Positions 17,642-28,182 are shown, numbered from the stretch's first letter. The stretch: DNA of 64,000 bases from Bacteroidota bacterium (GCA_013285805.1 JABDGY010000001.1:3212-67211), one strand, 5' to 3'. Notes: generated from the letters alone by a model not told the origin. Translations and numbers: made by a program.

Positions 17642-18169
17642 GTGAATAAAAAACTGGAAATAAAACTCAGGCGGCTTGAAGGCTCACGGCTTCAATTGCT
17701 GAGCGAGTTGAGTAAAATTCCGTCAGCAAAACTAAATACATCTCCTGCAGAAGGTAAATGGTCGGTTGCGCAGGTAATTTACCACCTTAACAAAGCTGAA
17801 AGTCTTTCATTAGTCTACATAGGAAAAAAAATGCATGATGTAAATAACCTGAAAAAAACAGGATTTATAGAATGGCTTAAATTACTGATCGTAAAAATTG
17901 CTTTCTGGTCTCCTTTAAAATTTAAAGCCCCGGTAAATGTTTTGGGCGACATGCCTGAAAATGTAGACTATACTGATATAGTCGCGCAGTGGAACTTAAC
18001 CCGCAATAACCTGCAACAGTTTCTTGAAAAAATGCCTGAAGAATTATTAAGTAAGAATGTATTCAAACAACCTGCAGCCGGCCGCCTTAACATTTACCAG
18101 ATGGTTGATTTTATGGAGGTGCATTTTAATCGACATCGCAAGCAAATAAATGCACTAACTAAGAGCTAA
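17642..18169 (+). CDS. DinB-family protein (GTG start)
   Basis: Four-helix DinB_2-like pattern (KWSVAQVIYHLNKAE ... MEVHFNRHRKQI). There is no upstream in-frame ATG. Confidence 0.65.
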   Translation: MNKKLEIKLRRLEGSRLQLLSELSKIPSAKLNTSPAEGKWSVAQVIYHLNKAESLSLVYIGKKMHDVNNLKKTGFIEWLKLLIVKIAFWSPLKFKAPVNVLGDMPENVDYTDIVAQWNLTRNNLQQFLEKMPEELLSKNVFKQPAAGRLNIYQMVDFMEVHFNRHRKQINALTKS

Positions 18170-18171
18170 GT

Positions 18172-19554
18172 TTACTGAACTCCATATTCTGTTATAAGAT
18201 ATAGCATCATTGCCATAGAAGCAGCACCGAGTTCCAGTTCACGTTTGTTCACTCTATCGAATGTATCCAACGCCGAATGGTGAATATCGAAATACCGTTG
18301 CGAATCGGGTTCAAGGCCGAGCAATAAAGCGCCCTGGTCTTTCAGTTTTTCAATATCGGCCCCTCCGTCAGTACTTAAAAAGTCATATAGTCCATAAGGT
18401 AATAACAGGCCTTGCCATTTAGCAATAGTTGCTTTTTGCGCAACTGTTCCGTCAAGTCCAAAACCGCGGGGAGAAAATCCTCCCGCATCTGATTCCATAG
18501 CCGCAATATGTTTTTCGCCTTTACGCTTCGCTTCCTCAGCATATTTTTTAGCGCCCCTTCCACCATTTTCTTCATTCATGAACATAATAATACGCAATGT
18601 CCTTTTCGGGCGAATGCCTAATGCTTTAAAAGTGCGTAATACCTCAAGCGACTGCATAGCGCCTGCGCCATCATCGTGTGAACCCTGTGCCAGGTCCCAT
18701 GAATCGAGGTGGCCGCCAACAACAACAATTTCTTCAGGGTGCTCGCTGCCTTTAAGTTCCGCAATTACATTATACGATTGTACATCGGGCATAGTATAGC
18801 AGCCCATTTCAAAATGAAACCTGAGCTTAGGTTCGTTTTTAAGGAGCTTGCTCAGCTGGTCGGCCCCAATAGTTGAAATAGCACAAGCGGGAATTTTCGT
18901 TTTTACACTATCATTATATTGCATAACGCCTGTATGAGGGTTGTTATCGGTAGTGTTCGTGAGTGAACGAAGTATAGTGCCCACAGCGCCATACTTAGCC
19001 GCTTCACTTGCCCCGCTCCAACGAAGTTCAAAATTACGTTCGTATGCATCGAAAGTGTTTACAAGTGTTTCATCGAAAGGGCGATTGTAAAAAACTATTT
19101 TGCCTTTCACTCCCTCAGCACCCAGTTTTTTCAATTCAGCAAAGCTTTGCACTTCCACTACTTCAGCGGTAAGGCCTCCATTGGGTGTTGCCACCGAGCC
19201 ACCCAGCGCGCAAATATTCACACCACATTCACCGGAATTATTGCTCAATATCTTTGCCGTCTCTTTTTTACCTCTTATCCAGCGCGGCACCATGCACGGC
19301 ATAAGGTACACTGTATCTGCCCCCATGCTATCCATTAACTGCCTGGTATATTCTACTGCTGCCGCAGCCTGTGGCGAACCACTTAGCCTCCCACCTATCC
19401 TTTTGCTCAAATAGCCTAACCACTGGTAACAATGGCCGTGCAACATTATCTCATCTGTTATATGTTTCAACTGTGCAGAGTCTTTCTGCTGTGCAGAGCC
19501 AATGTTAGTAATGAAGAGGGTGAATAATAAATAGGGTAGGATTTTCTTCAGCAT
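18172..19554 (-). CDS. M28 family metallopeptidase with PA domain
   Basis: Signal peptide. Zn-ligand motifs are VVVGGHLDSWDLAQGSHDDGAG, FMNEENGGRG and a late HH (YFDIHHSALD). Confidence 0.85.
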   Translation of the reverse strand: MLKKILPYLLFTLFITNIGSAQQKDSAQLKHITDEIMLHGHCYQWLGYLSKRIGGRLSGSPQAAAAVEYTRQLMDSMGADTVYLMPCMVPRWIRGKKETAKILSNNSGECGVNICALGGSVATPNGGLTAEVVEVQSFAELKKLGAEGVKGKIVFYNRPFDETLVNTFDAYERNFELRWSGASEAAKYGAVGTILRSLTNTTDNNPHTGVMQYNDSVKTKIPACAISTIGADQLSKLLKNEPKLRFHFEMGCYTMPDVQSYNVIAELKGSEHPEEIVVVGGHLDSWDLAQGSHDDGAGAMQSLEVLRTFKALGIRPKRTLRIIMFMNEENGGRGAKKYAEEAKRKGEKHIAAMESDAGGFSPRGFGLDGTVAQKATIAKWQGLLLPYGLYDFLSTDGGADIEKLKDQGALLLGLEPDSQRYFDIHHSALDTFDRVNKRELELGAASMAMMLYLITEYGVQ

Positions 19555-19638
19555 GTCAGTAAAGGTTAAACTTCAAAAATACAATTTAACACAGAATAGC
19601 GTACTTTTGTGCCCTTAAAAGGATAATCATTCCATTTC

Positions 19639-20193
19639 ATGAGAAAAATTGTAATTACGTATGGCAGCATTTGCGGCCTTATTATGGCCATAACAGTGCT
19701 GTGTGTCGACCTGTTAATAGATTCATTAGGTTTTGAAAAGGGTAATATGATAAGCTCTACCGGAATGATAGTGGCATTCCTTATGGTTTACTTAGGTATT
19801 TACCGCAACCGTGAAAAACTTAGCGGAGGTTATATTGGTTTCAGGCAGGCTTTCCTTACAGGCATATTTATTACGGCTGTTGCCGCTTTGTTTTACGCCG
19901 GTGCGCAGTTATTGCAATATTATATAGTCGCTCCCGACATACTCGCAAAATCCGATGCATTTAATATTGCACAGGCCAAAGCCGCCAAAGTAACGCAGGA
20001 CGAATTATCTAAAATAATTGAGGGGCAGAACAGGTACAGTGAAATGATTAAAAATCCGTTTTGGAATTTTGCACTTAGCTATACAGGGCCTTTGCCGTTT
20101 GGCGTTTTCTTCACCATTACATCAACCCTTATACTGCGTAAAAAAGACAATGGCCCGAAAGTTGCGGCCGAAGAAGTTAAAGCAACCAGCTAA
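19639..20193 (+). CDS. DUF4199-like membrane protein
   Basis: Four TM segments. The N-terminus MRKIVITYGSICGLIMAI is typical of the Bacteroidota DUF4199 family. Confidence 0.6.
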   Translation: MRKIVITYGSICGLIMAITVLCVDLLIDSLGFEKGNMISSTGMIVAFLMVYLGIYRNREKLSGGYIGFRQAFLTGIFITAVAALFYAGAQLLQYYIVAPDILAKSDAFNIAQAKAAKVTQDELSKIIEGQNRYSEMIKNPFWNFALSYTGPLPFGVFFTITSTLILRKKDNGPKVAAEEVKATS

Positions 20194-20199
20194 TTTATT

Positions 20200-21270
20200 T
20201 TACTGTATTATCCAGCCTTGTTTTTTCGGTGGCTGCTGGTTAGTTTGCCTGGCGGAGCCCTGTTTCCCTTTGCAATAATAATTCAGGGCGCTTTGTGCGG
20301 CAGGATATCCTAACCGGTTAGCGCTATTAAAGTCGGTACACGCTGCATCAGTTAAATTAAGCACTATAAAACTGGTGCCACGCGCATAATAAGCTTCGCT
20401 GTAATCTGACTGGTATTTAATGGCCAGGCCATAATCGTTAACCGCGCTTTTTTCATCTTTCATAAGGTGTTCGCACAAACCACGGCAATAATAGGCCACC
20501 GCATTATCAGAATCGAGTTTCAGCACCTGTGTGAAATCCTCTTTTGCACCATCGTAAAACTTCAACTGGTACTTATCAAGCCCCCTGTTTAAGTAAGCCT
20601 CGGCATATTTCGGGTCGTACAGTATAGCATAATTATATTGCGCAGCCGCGTCAAGGTATTTTTTCATCTCGTCAAGCGTAAGGCCGCGATAAAAAAAAGC
20701 GGTTTCATCTTTCGGGTCAATAAATAAAACATTGGTAAGGTCATTATAGGCATCCTGGAACCTGTGCATATCTATTTCAACATATGCACGGTTAAAATAC
20801 CCATCTATGTTCGATGAATCGAGCCTTATAGCGTTGGTGTAATCATACAGCGCCCGCACTGAATCATCCATTGCATAATCTACATTGCCTTTATAATTAT
20901 AGGCGTCGGCATAGTTGGGACGAATGGCAATTGAGGTTTTAATATCTTCAATAGCATCTGCATTATCGCCCTGTTTAAATTCGGCAATACCTACATTCAG
21001 AAATGCGTCGGCATCCCTGGGGTTAAGTTTGGTAACCCGTTTAAAATCAACCTCGGCTCCTGCATAATCATTCAAGGCCATTTTCGTCATGCCCCTGCCA
21101 AAGAATGAATCGGTATCATGGTCATTCACTCTTATAAGCTGGTCGTATATTTTAAGCGCGTCGGCATATTTACCATCATTATAAAGGCTAACACCCTGTG
21201 CCTTATCCTGCGCGAACAATCCATTGGCAAAATATAGAAACCCGATTACAGTACAAAAAAAACTCTTCAT
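20200..21270 (-). CDS. TPR-repeat protein, secreted
   Basis: Signal peptide followed by about 9 34-residue repeats (A..Y..AI.LDP....AY.NRG). Its start ATG overlaps the upstream TAA by 1 nt (TAATG). Confidence 0.8.
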   Translation of the reverse strand: MKSFFCTVIGFLYFANGLFAQDKAQGVSLYNDGKYADALKIYDQLIRVNDHDTDSFFGRGMTKMALNDYAGAEVDFKRVTKLNPRDADAFLNVGIAEFKQGDNADAIEDIKTSIAIRPNYADAYNYKGNVDYAMDDSVRALYDYTNAIRLDSSNIDGYFNRAYVEIDMHRFQDAYNDLTNVLFIDPKDETAFFYRGLTLDEMKKYLDAAAQYNYAILYDPKYAEAYLNRGLDKYQLKFYDGAKEDFTQVLKLDSDNAVAYYCRGLCEHLMKDEKSAVNDYGLAIKYQSDYSEAYYARGTSFIVLNLTDAACTDFNSANRLGYPAAQSALNYYCKGKQGSARQTNQQPPKKQGWIIQ

Positions 21271-21815
21271 TAAAATTTATTCTTATGCTTTTTAGCGTTT
21301 TTAATATGGGCCAAATGGTGCCCGCAATGCCACGAATATATAAAACAGATATCAGAAATTGCTATTTCTCTTTTCATTTCCGGGTGAAAAACCGTACGCC
21401 CCAGTTGCTCTTCCTTTATACTATTCAATAATAACACCCATCGCTTATGCAGCCCTTCAATTAATTGAAGCGACCATTCCACGGGAGCTTCAGTAGTATC
21501 CACAAGCCTTGCACATTCTGCTTCCTTGTAAGGCTTTATAGTGGGCTTATCTTCTGTAAGCGCAAGTTTAACACGAATAAAAGCATTCATATGGCTATCG
21601 GCACAATGGTGTGTAAGCTGCCTTATGGTCCACCCTTCAGGGCGGTGCAGGTAAGCCAGTTCTTCTTCCGTGCAGGGCACCACTTCTTCTTTTATTTCCT
21701 TCGGAAATCTTCCAATCACATCAATGCAATGCTGTATATCTGCATAGGTGAATTCTTTCGGCAATTTCAGTTTGCCGGTGGGGTATTTTAATGTTTCCAG
21801 TGTTTCAGTTTCCAT
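21270..21815 (-). CDS. YfiT/DinB-family putative metal-dependent hydrolase (bacillithiol-transferase-like)
   Basis: His triad context: LTHHCADSHMNAFIRVK and WHCGHHLAHI. The N-terminus LKYPTGK is typical of YfiT-like proteins. Confidence 0.7.
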   Translation of the reverse strand: METETLETLKYPTGKLKLPKEFTYADIQHCIDVIGRFPKEIKEEVVPCTEEELAYLHRPEGWTIRQLTHHCADSHMNAFIRVKLALTEDKPTIKPYKEAECARLVDTTEAPVEWSLQLIEGLHKRWVLLLNSIKEEQLGRTVFHPEMKREIAISDICFIYSWHCGHHLAHIKNAKKHKNKF

Positions 21816-21954
21816 AACCGGTTAGGTTTTATACAGCAATATTACAATTTATATTCCGTAATAGAGCCTGCAACACATCTGGGCTGAATACCAGCCTGCT
21901 ATACTTAATCTGGTAAAAAAATCCTACTTTTGAAACGTAATACCTCCGGAAAGC

Positions 21955-23025
21955 GTGAAAAAAGTCATCTTCCTTTTTATTTCCCTGGCGCTTTTTTACA
22001 GTTGTTCTCATCCGCCCAAAACATGGGCGCCTGTGGGTGCAGGAGTCAACAATCTTGTTTTATCTATTGCACCTTTTAAAGGCGAAATGTATGTAGGCGG
22101 CAGCTTCACAACTGCCGGTGGTAAGCAGGTAAACCATATAGCTCGCTGGAATGGCAAAGATTGGCACCTGGCGGGCAAGGGCATAAATAAAATGGTGCTC
22201 TGCATGCTTCAATATAATGGCGAGCTGTTTGCCGGCGGGGCGTTCGACAGTGCTGGCGGTAACCCTGCCAAAGCCATAGCCCGCTGGGATGGTAACGAAT
22301 GGCGCCCTGTAGGTATGGGCATAAACGGCACCGTAAGCAGCTTATGCGTTTACAATAAAGAATTATACGCGGCCGGAAAATTCGATACCGTTGACGGTAA
22401 ACCGGCGCACTGCATAGCCCGCTGGGATGGACAGAAATGGTCGGATGCAGGAACAGGACTGGATTCCGGAAAATTTAATTTTATATGCGGGCTTGCTGTT
22501 TACCATGGCGAATTATATGCCAGTGGAACCTTTAAAGCCATAGCAGGAACCGAAGGCAACAACATATCGCGCTGGGATGGCAAGGAATGGAAGGCTGTAG
22601 GAAAAGGCATAAGCTTCCCTGTTACTGCCCTTTCTGTTTACAGAGATGAGCTTTACGTGTGCGGAGTATTTGATACAGCAGGCGGCACCGCAGCTAATTA
22701 TATTGCACGATGGAATGGCACAGACTGGTCGCCTGTTGGCACCGGTGTGGGCAACGGACAGTTTGCAGCCATATGGTCGCTTGCCATTTATAACAACGAC
22801 CTAATTGTTGGTGGCCTGTTCAGAAGCGCGGGCGAACAGCAGGCCAACTATATAGCCCGCTGGAACGGCAGCAGCTGGGACCCCGTTGGCGGCGGTGTTA
22901 ACTCTCCTGTTCATGCACTGGGTGTGTATAACAATGAGCTTTATGCCGGTGGCCTTTTCGATACTGTTGAGGGCCAACCCATGAGCCACATTGCAAGGTG
23001 GAAAGGCACAGTAACTGCGAAGTAA
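21955..23025 (+). CDS. seven-bladed beta-propeller-like lipoprotein with I-A-R-W-[DN]-G-x-x-W repeats (GTG start)
   Basis: Lipobox LALFYSC. There are seven repeats of about 50 aa, each containing IARW(D/N)G..W...G.G and (E/D)LY.(G/A)G.F. Confidence 0.6.
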   Translation: MKKVIFLFISLALFYSCSHPPKTWAPVGAGVNNLVLSIAPFKGEMYVGGSFTTAGGKQVNHIARWNGKDWHLAGKGINKMVLCMLQYNGELFAGGAFDSAGGNPAKAIARWDGNEWRPVGMGINGTVSSLCVYNKELYAAGKFDTVDGKPAHCIARWDGQKWSDAGTGLDSGKFNFICGLAVYHGELYASGTFKAIAGTEGNNISRWDGKEWKAVGKGISFPVTALSVYRDELYVCGVFDTAGGTAANYIARWNGTDWSPVGTGVGNGQFAAIWSLAIYNNDLIVGGLFRSAGEQQANYIARWNGSSWDPVGGGVNSPVHALGVYNNELYAGGLFDTVEGQPMSHIARWKGTVTAK

Positions 23026-23176
23026 AAAGTAATAGGTAGAAGTAATAGCTCTACCATTCATTACCCCAATACACTGATATTTAGGCCTTGCAGCAAGTAA
23101 CAATCAAATAACTATGCGGAAAAAGCTGCTTTCAGATAAAATAATACTTTTGCCGCAAATAATTCAACTTTTAACA

Positions 23177-26149
23177 ATGAAAAAACTTTACACCTTATTT
23201 ACGGCGGCAATTTTATTCACCGCTGCAACAACTTATGGCCAAAATTATACCCTATTTGGCAACGCTCAAAATGGCGGCTCTAACGGACGAGGTACTTTAT
23301 TCCAATACAATATGAAATATGGTATTACCAGCGCACCCGTAAACTTTAGCGATAGTATGGGCAGCTACCCCAACTACGGTGCTCTTACATTAGACTCAGC
23401 TACAGGACTTCTATTTGGAACAACCTATGAAGGCGGACGTTATTCTTACGGCACTATTTTCAGTTACGGATACTGCAGCGGCTACCAAACTATGGTAAAT
23501 ATGCAAACCAATGCACCGGAAGGAGATTATCCTGAGGGTAACCTTTCATATGACAAAACTACGGGGCTGTTTTACGGATTAACAGATGAGGGGGGAACAT
23601 ATGACGCTGGAACCCTGTTCAGTTTCAATCCTGTAAATTCAAAATTTGCGGTTCTGTTTAATTTTAATGAAACTATTGGCACTTATCCTGATGGCTCACT
23701 TACATGGGACCCTAACACCCATTTATTTTATGGACTTGCGTCAGAGGGCGGTGCAAATGGCGATGGCAGTATTTTCAGTTTCGACCCCGGCACCGGAAGT
23801 GTAAATGTTCTTCATTCTTTCAATTATACTGATGGGAGAAGTGAATATAATTCCTTAACGTATAACCCGGTTAATAAACTGCTTTACGGTACTGCTTCTC
23901 AAGGTGGGGCAAGTGGCGACGGAGTTCTTTTCAGTTTCGACCCTTCAACCAATAAGGATAGCACGGTTATTAACTTTAGCGGTTTACCAAATGGCTCTTA
24001 CCCGGAAAACAACGTGCTTTTTAACCCGCTCGATAGTTTATTATACGGGCTTACATATAATGGTGGCGCAAATGGCGAAGGGGTTATTTACAGCTACAAC
24101 CCTAAAAACGGACAAGACAGTATACGTGTAATGCTCGATGGCACCAAGGGCTCATATTCTTCAGGCACCTTTATTTATAACCCCAATGATAGCCTGTTAT
24201 ACGCCATGGCATCGCAAGGAGGAACATACGGTCAGGGTACTTTATTCAGCTTTAACCCACGCACTAACTTCGACAGCCTACTCGTAAACTTTGGCTCTCC
24301 CGGTGCTAGTTACCCGTATGGCGACCTGTTGCTCGACACCGCAAAAAACCTGCTTTATGGATTAACTGAAGAAGGTGGAACCAATGGCTATGGCGCCGCA
24401 TTTGTTTACAACATTAAAAATGCTACCGACAGTATTCTTGTAAATTTTAATGATACTAACGGAGCATACCCATACGCATCACTTACTAAACTTAACGGCA
24501 TGCTTTACGCTACTACAGAAGAGAGTATGCTTTTGGGAAGCAGCAATGGACCCGGCCTTATTTTCAGCTATAACCCTGTTACCGGCCAGGACAGCGTAAT
24601 GCATCGTTTTATGTTCACAGCCAAAGAAAACTATCCTGAAAATATACACCTTACTTATAACCATGCAAATGGCATGTATTATGGTGTTTCATCCGAGGGA
24701 GGTATTTATAATGTGGGTACCCTTTTCAGTTTTAACCCGGTAACCCTAAAGGACAGTGTATTGTTCAATTTTAACGACACTATTGGCGAGTACCCTTATG
24801 GTACGCTTACTTACTGCCCTTCAAATCGCTTATTATATGGTACTGCTGAGGAAGGCGGAAGCAATGGTAGCGGAGCCATATATAACTTCAACCCGGTAAC
24901 AGGTAAAGTTGCTTTAGTTACTAACCTTACGAGCCCTACAGGCACTTACCCTATTGGCGGCTTAACCTACTGCCCTTCTAATGGCCTGCTTTACGGCAAT
25001 ACCGAAGAAGGCGGAACCAGTAGCTACGGAGTAATATTCAGTTTGGACCCTTCTACAAATACATATACCGACATTATTAATTTCAACGGGACAGATGGAA
25101 GGTACCCGGAAAGCTCGTTAACATACAATACCGGAAATGGAATGTTTTACGGAATGACCGATCAGGGTGGCAGTAATACTGAAGGAAATATTTTCATGTT
25201 TAATCCTTCAACTAATAAAGACAGCCTTCTATACAGCTTTGATGGTACAACAGGTCAAAGCCCGGCAAGCACCGTAACCATGGACCCTTCTGATACTATA
25301 TTTTACGGAGTGACAGAGAACGGTGGGACAAACGGCGTAGGTGTTATTTTCAGCTATAATATTAACAGCGGAAAGGATAGCACTTTATTTAACTTCGATA
25401 ATACAAATGGATCATACCCTATTTGCGACCTGGTATTGATAAATACAAAAATTGCAGTTACAGCAACCAAAGATACTTCGGTATGTAAGGGAAGCAACAT
25501 TACCTTAACAGCTAGCGCAGGCCCGGGCAGCAGCTACACATGGGATAATGGCTCAACCACAAGCAGCATTACCGTTAGCCCATTGGCCGACAGCAATTAC
25601 AGCGTACTGGTGTGCCGTGGTATTTATAATAAGGATACGACCATAATGGTTACCGTTAACCCTGCCCCTACTGTAACTGTTGCCGGTATGGATACTATTA
25701 CAAGCGGCTCAATGGATACATTGGTAGCTACAGGCGCAGTTAGCTATGCATGGACAAGCGGCGGCACAAAAGACAGTACTATTGTTTCTCCTGCATCTAC
25801 CACAACATACACGGTTACAGGCACAGGCGCTAACGGATGTACCGATACAGCAAGCTTTACCGTTGTGGTAAAAATAATTACCGGTATTCAGAATATAACG
25901 CAGGATGCCGCATCTGTTTACCCAAATCCTGCTAAGGAAACCATGTATCTTTCATTCAGCATGAAAGGCTCGGCCGATGCTGTTATACAAATAGTAAACA
26001 TGAATGGCGAACTGGTAATGAGCAAAAATGCAACCATAAACAATGGCGAAGTAATGCCTGTTGACATTAGCAGCCTTGCCCCTGGTGTTTACTTTGCGCA
26101 TATTACGGCAGGTAAGCAAATAGAGACTGTAAGGTTTGTAAAAGAATAA
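23177..26149 (+). CDS. T9SS-secreted protein with ~14 GloVer-type (choice-of-anchor) tandem repeats, Ig-like modules and a type A C-terminal sorting domain
   Basis: The likely start is MKKLYTLFTAAILFTAATTYGQ (ORF-track start 23114). The repeats follow ...YP.g.L......LYG.T.EGG..g.GtlFSFNP. The C-terminus is VYPNPAKETMYLSF...VRFVKE. Confidence 0.75.
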   Translation: MKKLYTLFTAAILFTAATTYGQNYTLFGNAQNGGSNGRGTLFQYNMKYGITSAPVNFSDSMGSYPNYGALTLDSATGLLFGTTYEGGRYSYGTIFSYGYCSGYQTMVNMQTNAPEGDYPEGNLSYDKTTGLFYGLTDEGGTYDAGTLFSFNPVNSKFAVLFNFNETIGTYPDGSLTWDPNTHLFYGLASEGGANGDGSIFSFDPGTGSVNVLHSFNYTDGRSEYNSLTYNPVNKLLYGTASQGGASGDGVLFSFDPSTNKDSTVINFSGLPNGSYPENNVLFNPLDSLLYGLTYNGGANGEGVIYSYNPKNGQDSIRVMLDGTKGSYSSGTFIYNPNDSLLYAMASQGGTYGQGTLFSFNPRTNFDSLLVNFGSPGASYPYGDLLLDTAKNLLYGLTEEGGTNGYGAAFVYNIKNATDSILVNFNDTNGAYPYASLTKLNGMLYATTEESMLLGSSNGPGLIFSYNPVTGQDSVMHRFMFTAKENYPENIHLTYNHANGMYYGVSSEGGIYNVGTLFSFNPVTLKDSVLFNFNDTIGEYPYGTLTYCPSNRLLYGTAEEGGSNGSGAIYNFNPVTGKVALVTNLTSPTGTYPIGGLTYCPSNGLLYGNTEEGGTSSYGVIFSLDPSTNTYTDIINFNGTDGRYPESSLTYNTGNGMFYGMTDQGGSNTEGNIFMFNPSTNKDSLLYSFDGTTGQSPASTVTMDPSDTIFYGVTENGGTNGVGVIFSYNINSGKDSTLFNFDNTNGSYPICDLVLINTKIAVTATKDTSVCKGSNITLTASAGPGSSYTWDNGSTTSSITVSPLADSNYSVLVCRGIYNKDTTIMVTVNPAPTVTVAGMDTITSGSMDTLVATGAVSYAWTSGGTKDSTIVSPASTTTYTVTGTGANGCTDTASFTVVVKIITGIQNITQDAASVYPNPAKETMYLSFSMKGSADAVIQIVNMNGELVMSKNATINNGEVMPVDISSLAPGVYFAHITAGKQIETVRFVKE

Positions 26150-26190
26150 TAAAGCAGTGCGTTGCACGCTTCACTATTTTAGTTAAGATA

Positions 26191-26226
26191 AAAAAGCCCC
26201 CCGAGTACTCGGGGGGGGCTTTTTTA
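26191..26226. terminator. bidirectional rho-independent terminator
   Basis: AAAAAGCCCCCCGAGTACTCGGGGGGGGCTTTTTT lies between convergent genes. Confidence 0.8.
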
Positions 26227-26247
26227 TTTAATCTTTCGCTTTAACCT

Positions 26248-28182
26248 TTACCTGCAGTATAGCTTAATAATAGAATAGGCTTCATTTTTCCCCAGTTCAC
26301 CGGCTTTGCTGAAATCTTTGCAGGCATCCTCTTTATCATTGGTAAGAAAAAGCAATAAACCCCTGTTGTAATAGGCATCGGCCAAATCGGGGTCATTTTC
26401 TATGGCGTTTGTATAGTCTTCTATGGCTCCCTGTGAATCATTGAATTTATATTTTATAAAAGCCCTGTCATAATAGGCAAAAGCAAAGTCCGGCTCTAAC
26501 TTTATTACCTTATTAAAGTCTTCCAGCGCCCTTTCATATTTTTCATCCCTTTCGTCTTTAACCGCCCCGTATTTTTTGTTTACCTGCAGGTATTGCCTAT
26601 CTTCATTAAAACGGCTGCGCATTTCAACCTCTTTGCACAAATCAACTCCCCTGGCAAAATAGGCAATAGCATTGCCTGTATCCTGCGCTATAATTTTATT
26701 GTACTCCTTTATAGCATCAATAAACAACTGCATGTTTGTTTTCTCAATTGCATTTTGAAGGTGTCCTTCCGCTTTGTTGCTGCTATCCCCTATTGCTTTA
26801 ATTTGAATACTACCGCTGCTGTCTGCCATATAGCTTTGAGCCTCTGTTTGCTGGTTGGTTAACGAAAAGCCACGGTATTCCTTATTCATTTTTTTCAACA
26901 GTACAGGAAAGTAACCCGGTTTTCCTGAATTATTATCCTTCAGTATAATGTAATAAATAGGCACCAGGTCAACACTTATTGAGTCGGCCAATTTCCTGTC
27001 GACAGTATTAAAATTAGAATTCAACGCTGACAGGTGCATAAGGGTAACAGAATCATTGGCCCGCTGTGAATTGTTCATGGAATACGAAACCCTGCTCATA
27101 ATTTTACCAAGGTTATAGTCCGCTTTTGCGCCCGCGTTATCATTTAAAATTTCTTTAATGTGCCCCCTGTTGTAATACGCTTCAATAAAATAAGGAAACA
27201 ATTCAATTAATTTACTGTAGTCGTCTATTGCTCCCTGGTAGTCTTTAACTATTGCTTTAAGGTTAGCCCTGTTCGATAAGGCTTCTATGTTTTCAGGGTT
27301 CAGATTCAGCACTTTGTCAAAATCGGCTATAGCTTCACTGTATTGATATTTACCGCCCTCCATAATACCCCTGTTGAAGTAGGCAAGCGCATTCATGGGG
27401 TCGTAATGTATAACCATATTAAGGTCTTCCAGCGCCGCTTTGTCGTCATTCAATTTTTCATCGGCCTCGGCCCTGTTAAAATAGGCCAGTGTACATGCCG
27501 AATCCATTTTTAACGCCTTATCATATTGCTCCAGCGCTTCTTTATACTTCTCCATGCCGGCGTATGTCATTCCAATCCGTATATATGCATCTATATTTTT
27601 GGGGTCCATTTGCAGCGCCTTGTTGAAATCAATTAAAGCGGTATCGAACTTATGAAGGGTGCTTTCAGCCATTCCCCTACACAGGTACAAATTTGTGCTG
27701 CTCCAGTTCAGGCTTAATGCCTTGTTGCAATCGGAAATAGCCTTGTTGCTGTTCCCGGTCGAAAGTTCAGAAAACGCCCTTTCCACATATAATGTAGGGT
27801 CATTTTTATGCTGGTCAATAACCTGGTTTATGTCCTCAATTGCACCATCAAAATCGCCCAAACGGTATTTAACAATGCTCCGGTAATGGTAAGCATCGGA
27901 AAGGTAAGGGTTATAAAATGAAATGGCGTTGGTAAGGTCAAGCTCCGCGCCCGCGTTATCGTTGAGATAGTATTTGCATACTCCCCTGAAAAAGTAGGCT
28001 ACAAAATCGCCCGGCCTTACTTTAAGGCATACATCAAGCTTTTGAATGGCGTCGAAGTAGTTGCGGTTTCCTAAATCTGTTTTGGCCTCATCAAGATAGG
28101 CGTTTTCATTAAGTTGCGAAAACGCGCTAACCGCAAAAACAAATTGAATAACAAATAGTATCCGGAATTTCAACAATGACAT
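26248..28182 (-). CDS. TPR-repeat protein (644 aa), secreted
   Basis: Signal peptide. There are two blocks of TPR units (AY..RG......D...A..D..KA..L.P) separated by a non-repeat middle region. Confidence 0.8.
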   Translation of the reverse strand: MSLLKFRILFVIQFVFAVSAFSQLNENAYLDEAKTDLGNRNYFDAIQKLDVCLKVRPGDFVAYFFRGVCKYYLNDNAGAELDLTNAISFYNPYLSDAYHYRSIVKYRLGDFDGAIEDINQVIDQHKNDPTLYVERAFSELSTGNSNKAISDCNKALSLNWSSTNLYLCRGMAESTLHKFDTALIDFNKALQMDPKNIDAYIRIGMTYAGMEKYKEALEQYDKALKMDSACTLAYFNRAEADEKLNDDKAALEDLNMVIHYDPMNALAYFNRGIMEGGKYQYSEAIADFDKVLNLNPENIEALSNRANLKAIVKDYQGAIDDYSKLIELFPYFIEAYYNRGHIKEILNDNAGAKADYNLGKIMSRVSYSMNNSQRANDSVTLMHLSALNSNFNTVDRKLADSISVDLVPIYYIILKDNNSGKPGYFPVLLKKMNKEYRGFSLTNQQTEAQSYMADSSGSIQIKAIGDSSNKAEGHLQNAIEKTNMQLFIDAIKEYNKIIAQDTGNAIAYFARGVDLCKEVEMRSRFNEDRQYLQVNKKYGAVKDERDEKYERALEDFNKVIKLEPDFAFAYYDRAFIKYKFNDSQGAIEDYTNAIENDPDLADAYYNRGLLLFLTNDKEDACKDFSKAGELGKNEAYSIIKLYCR

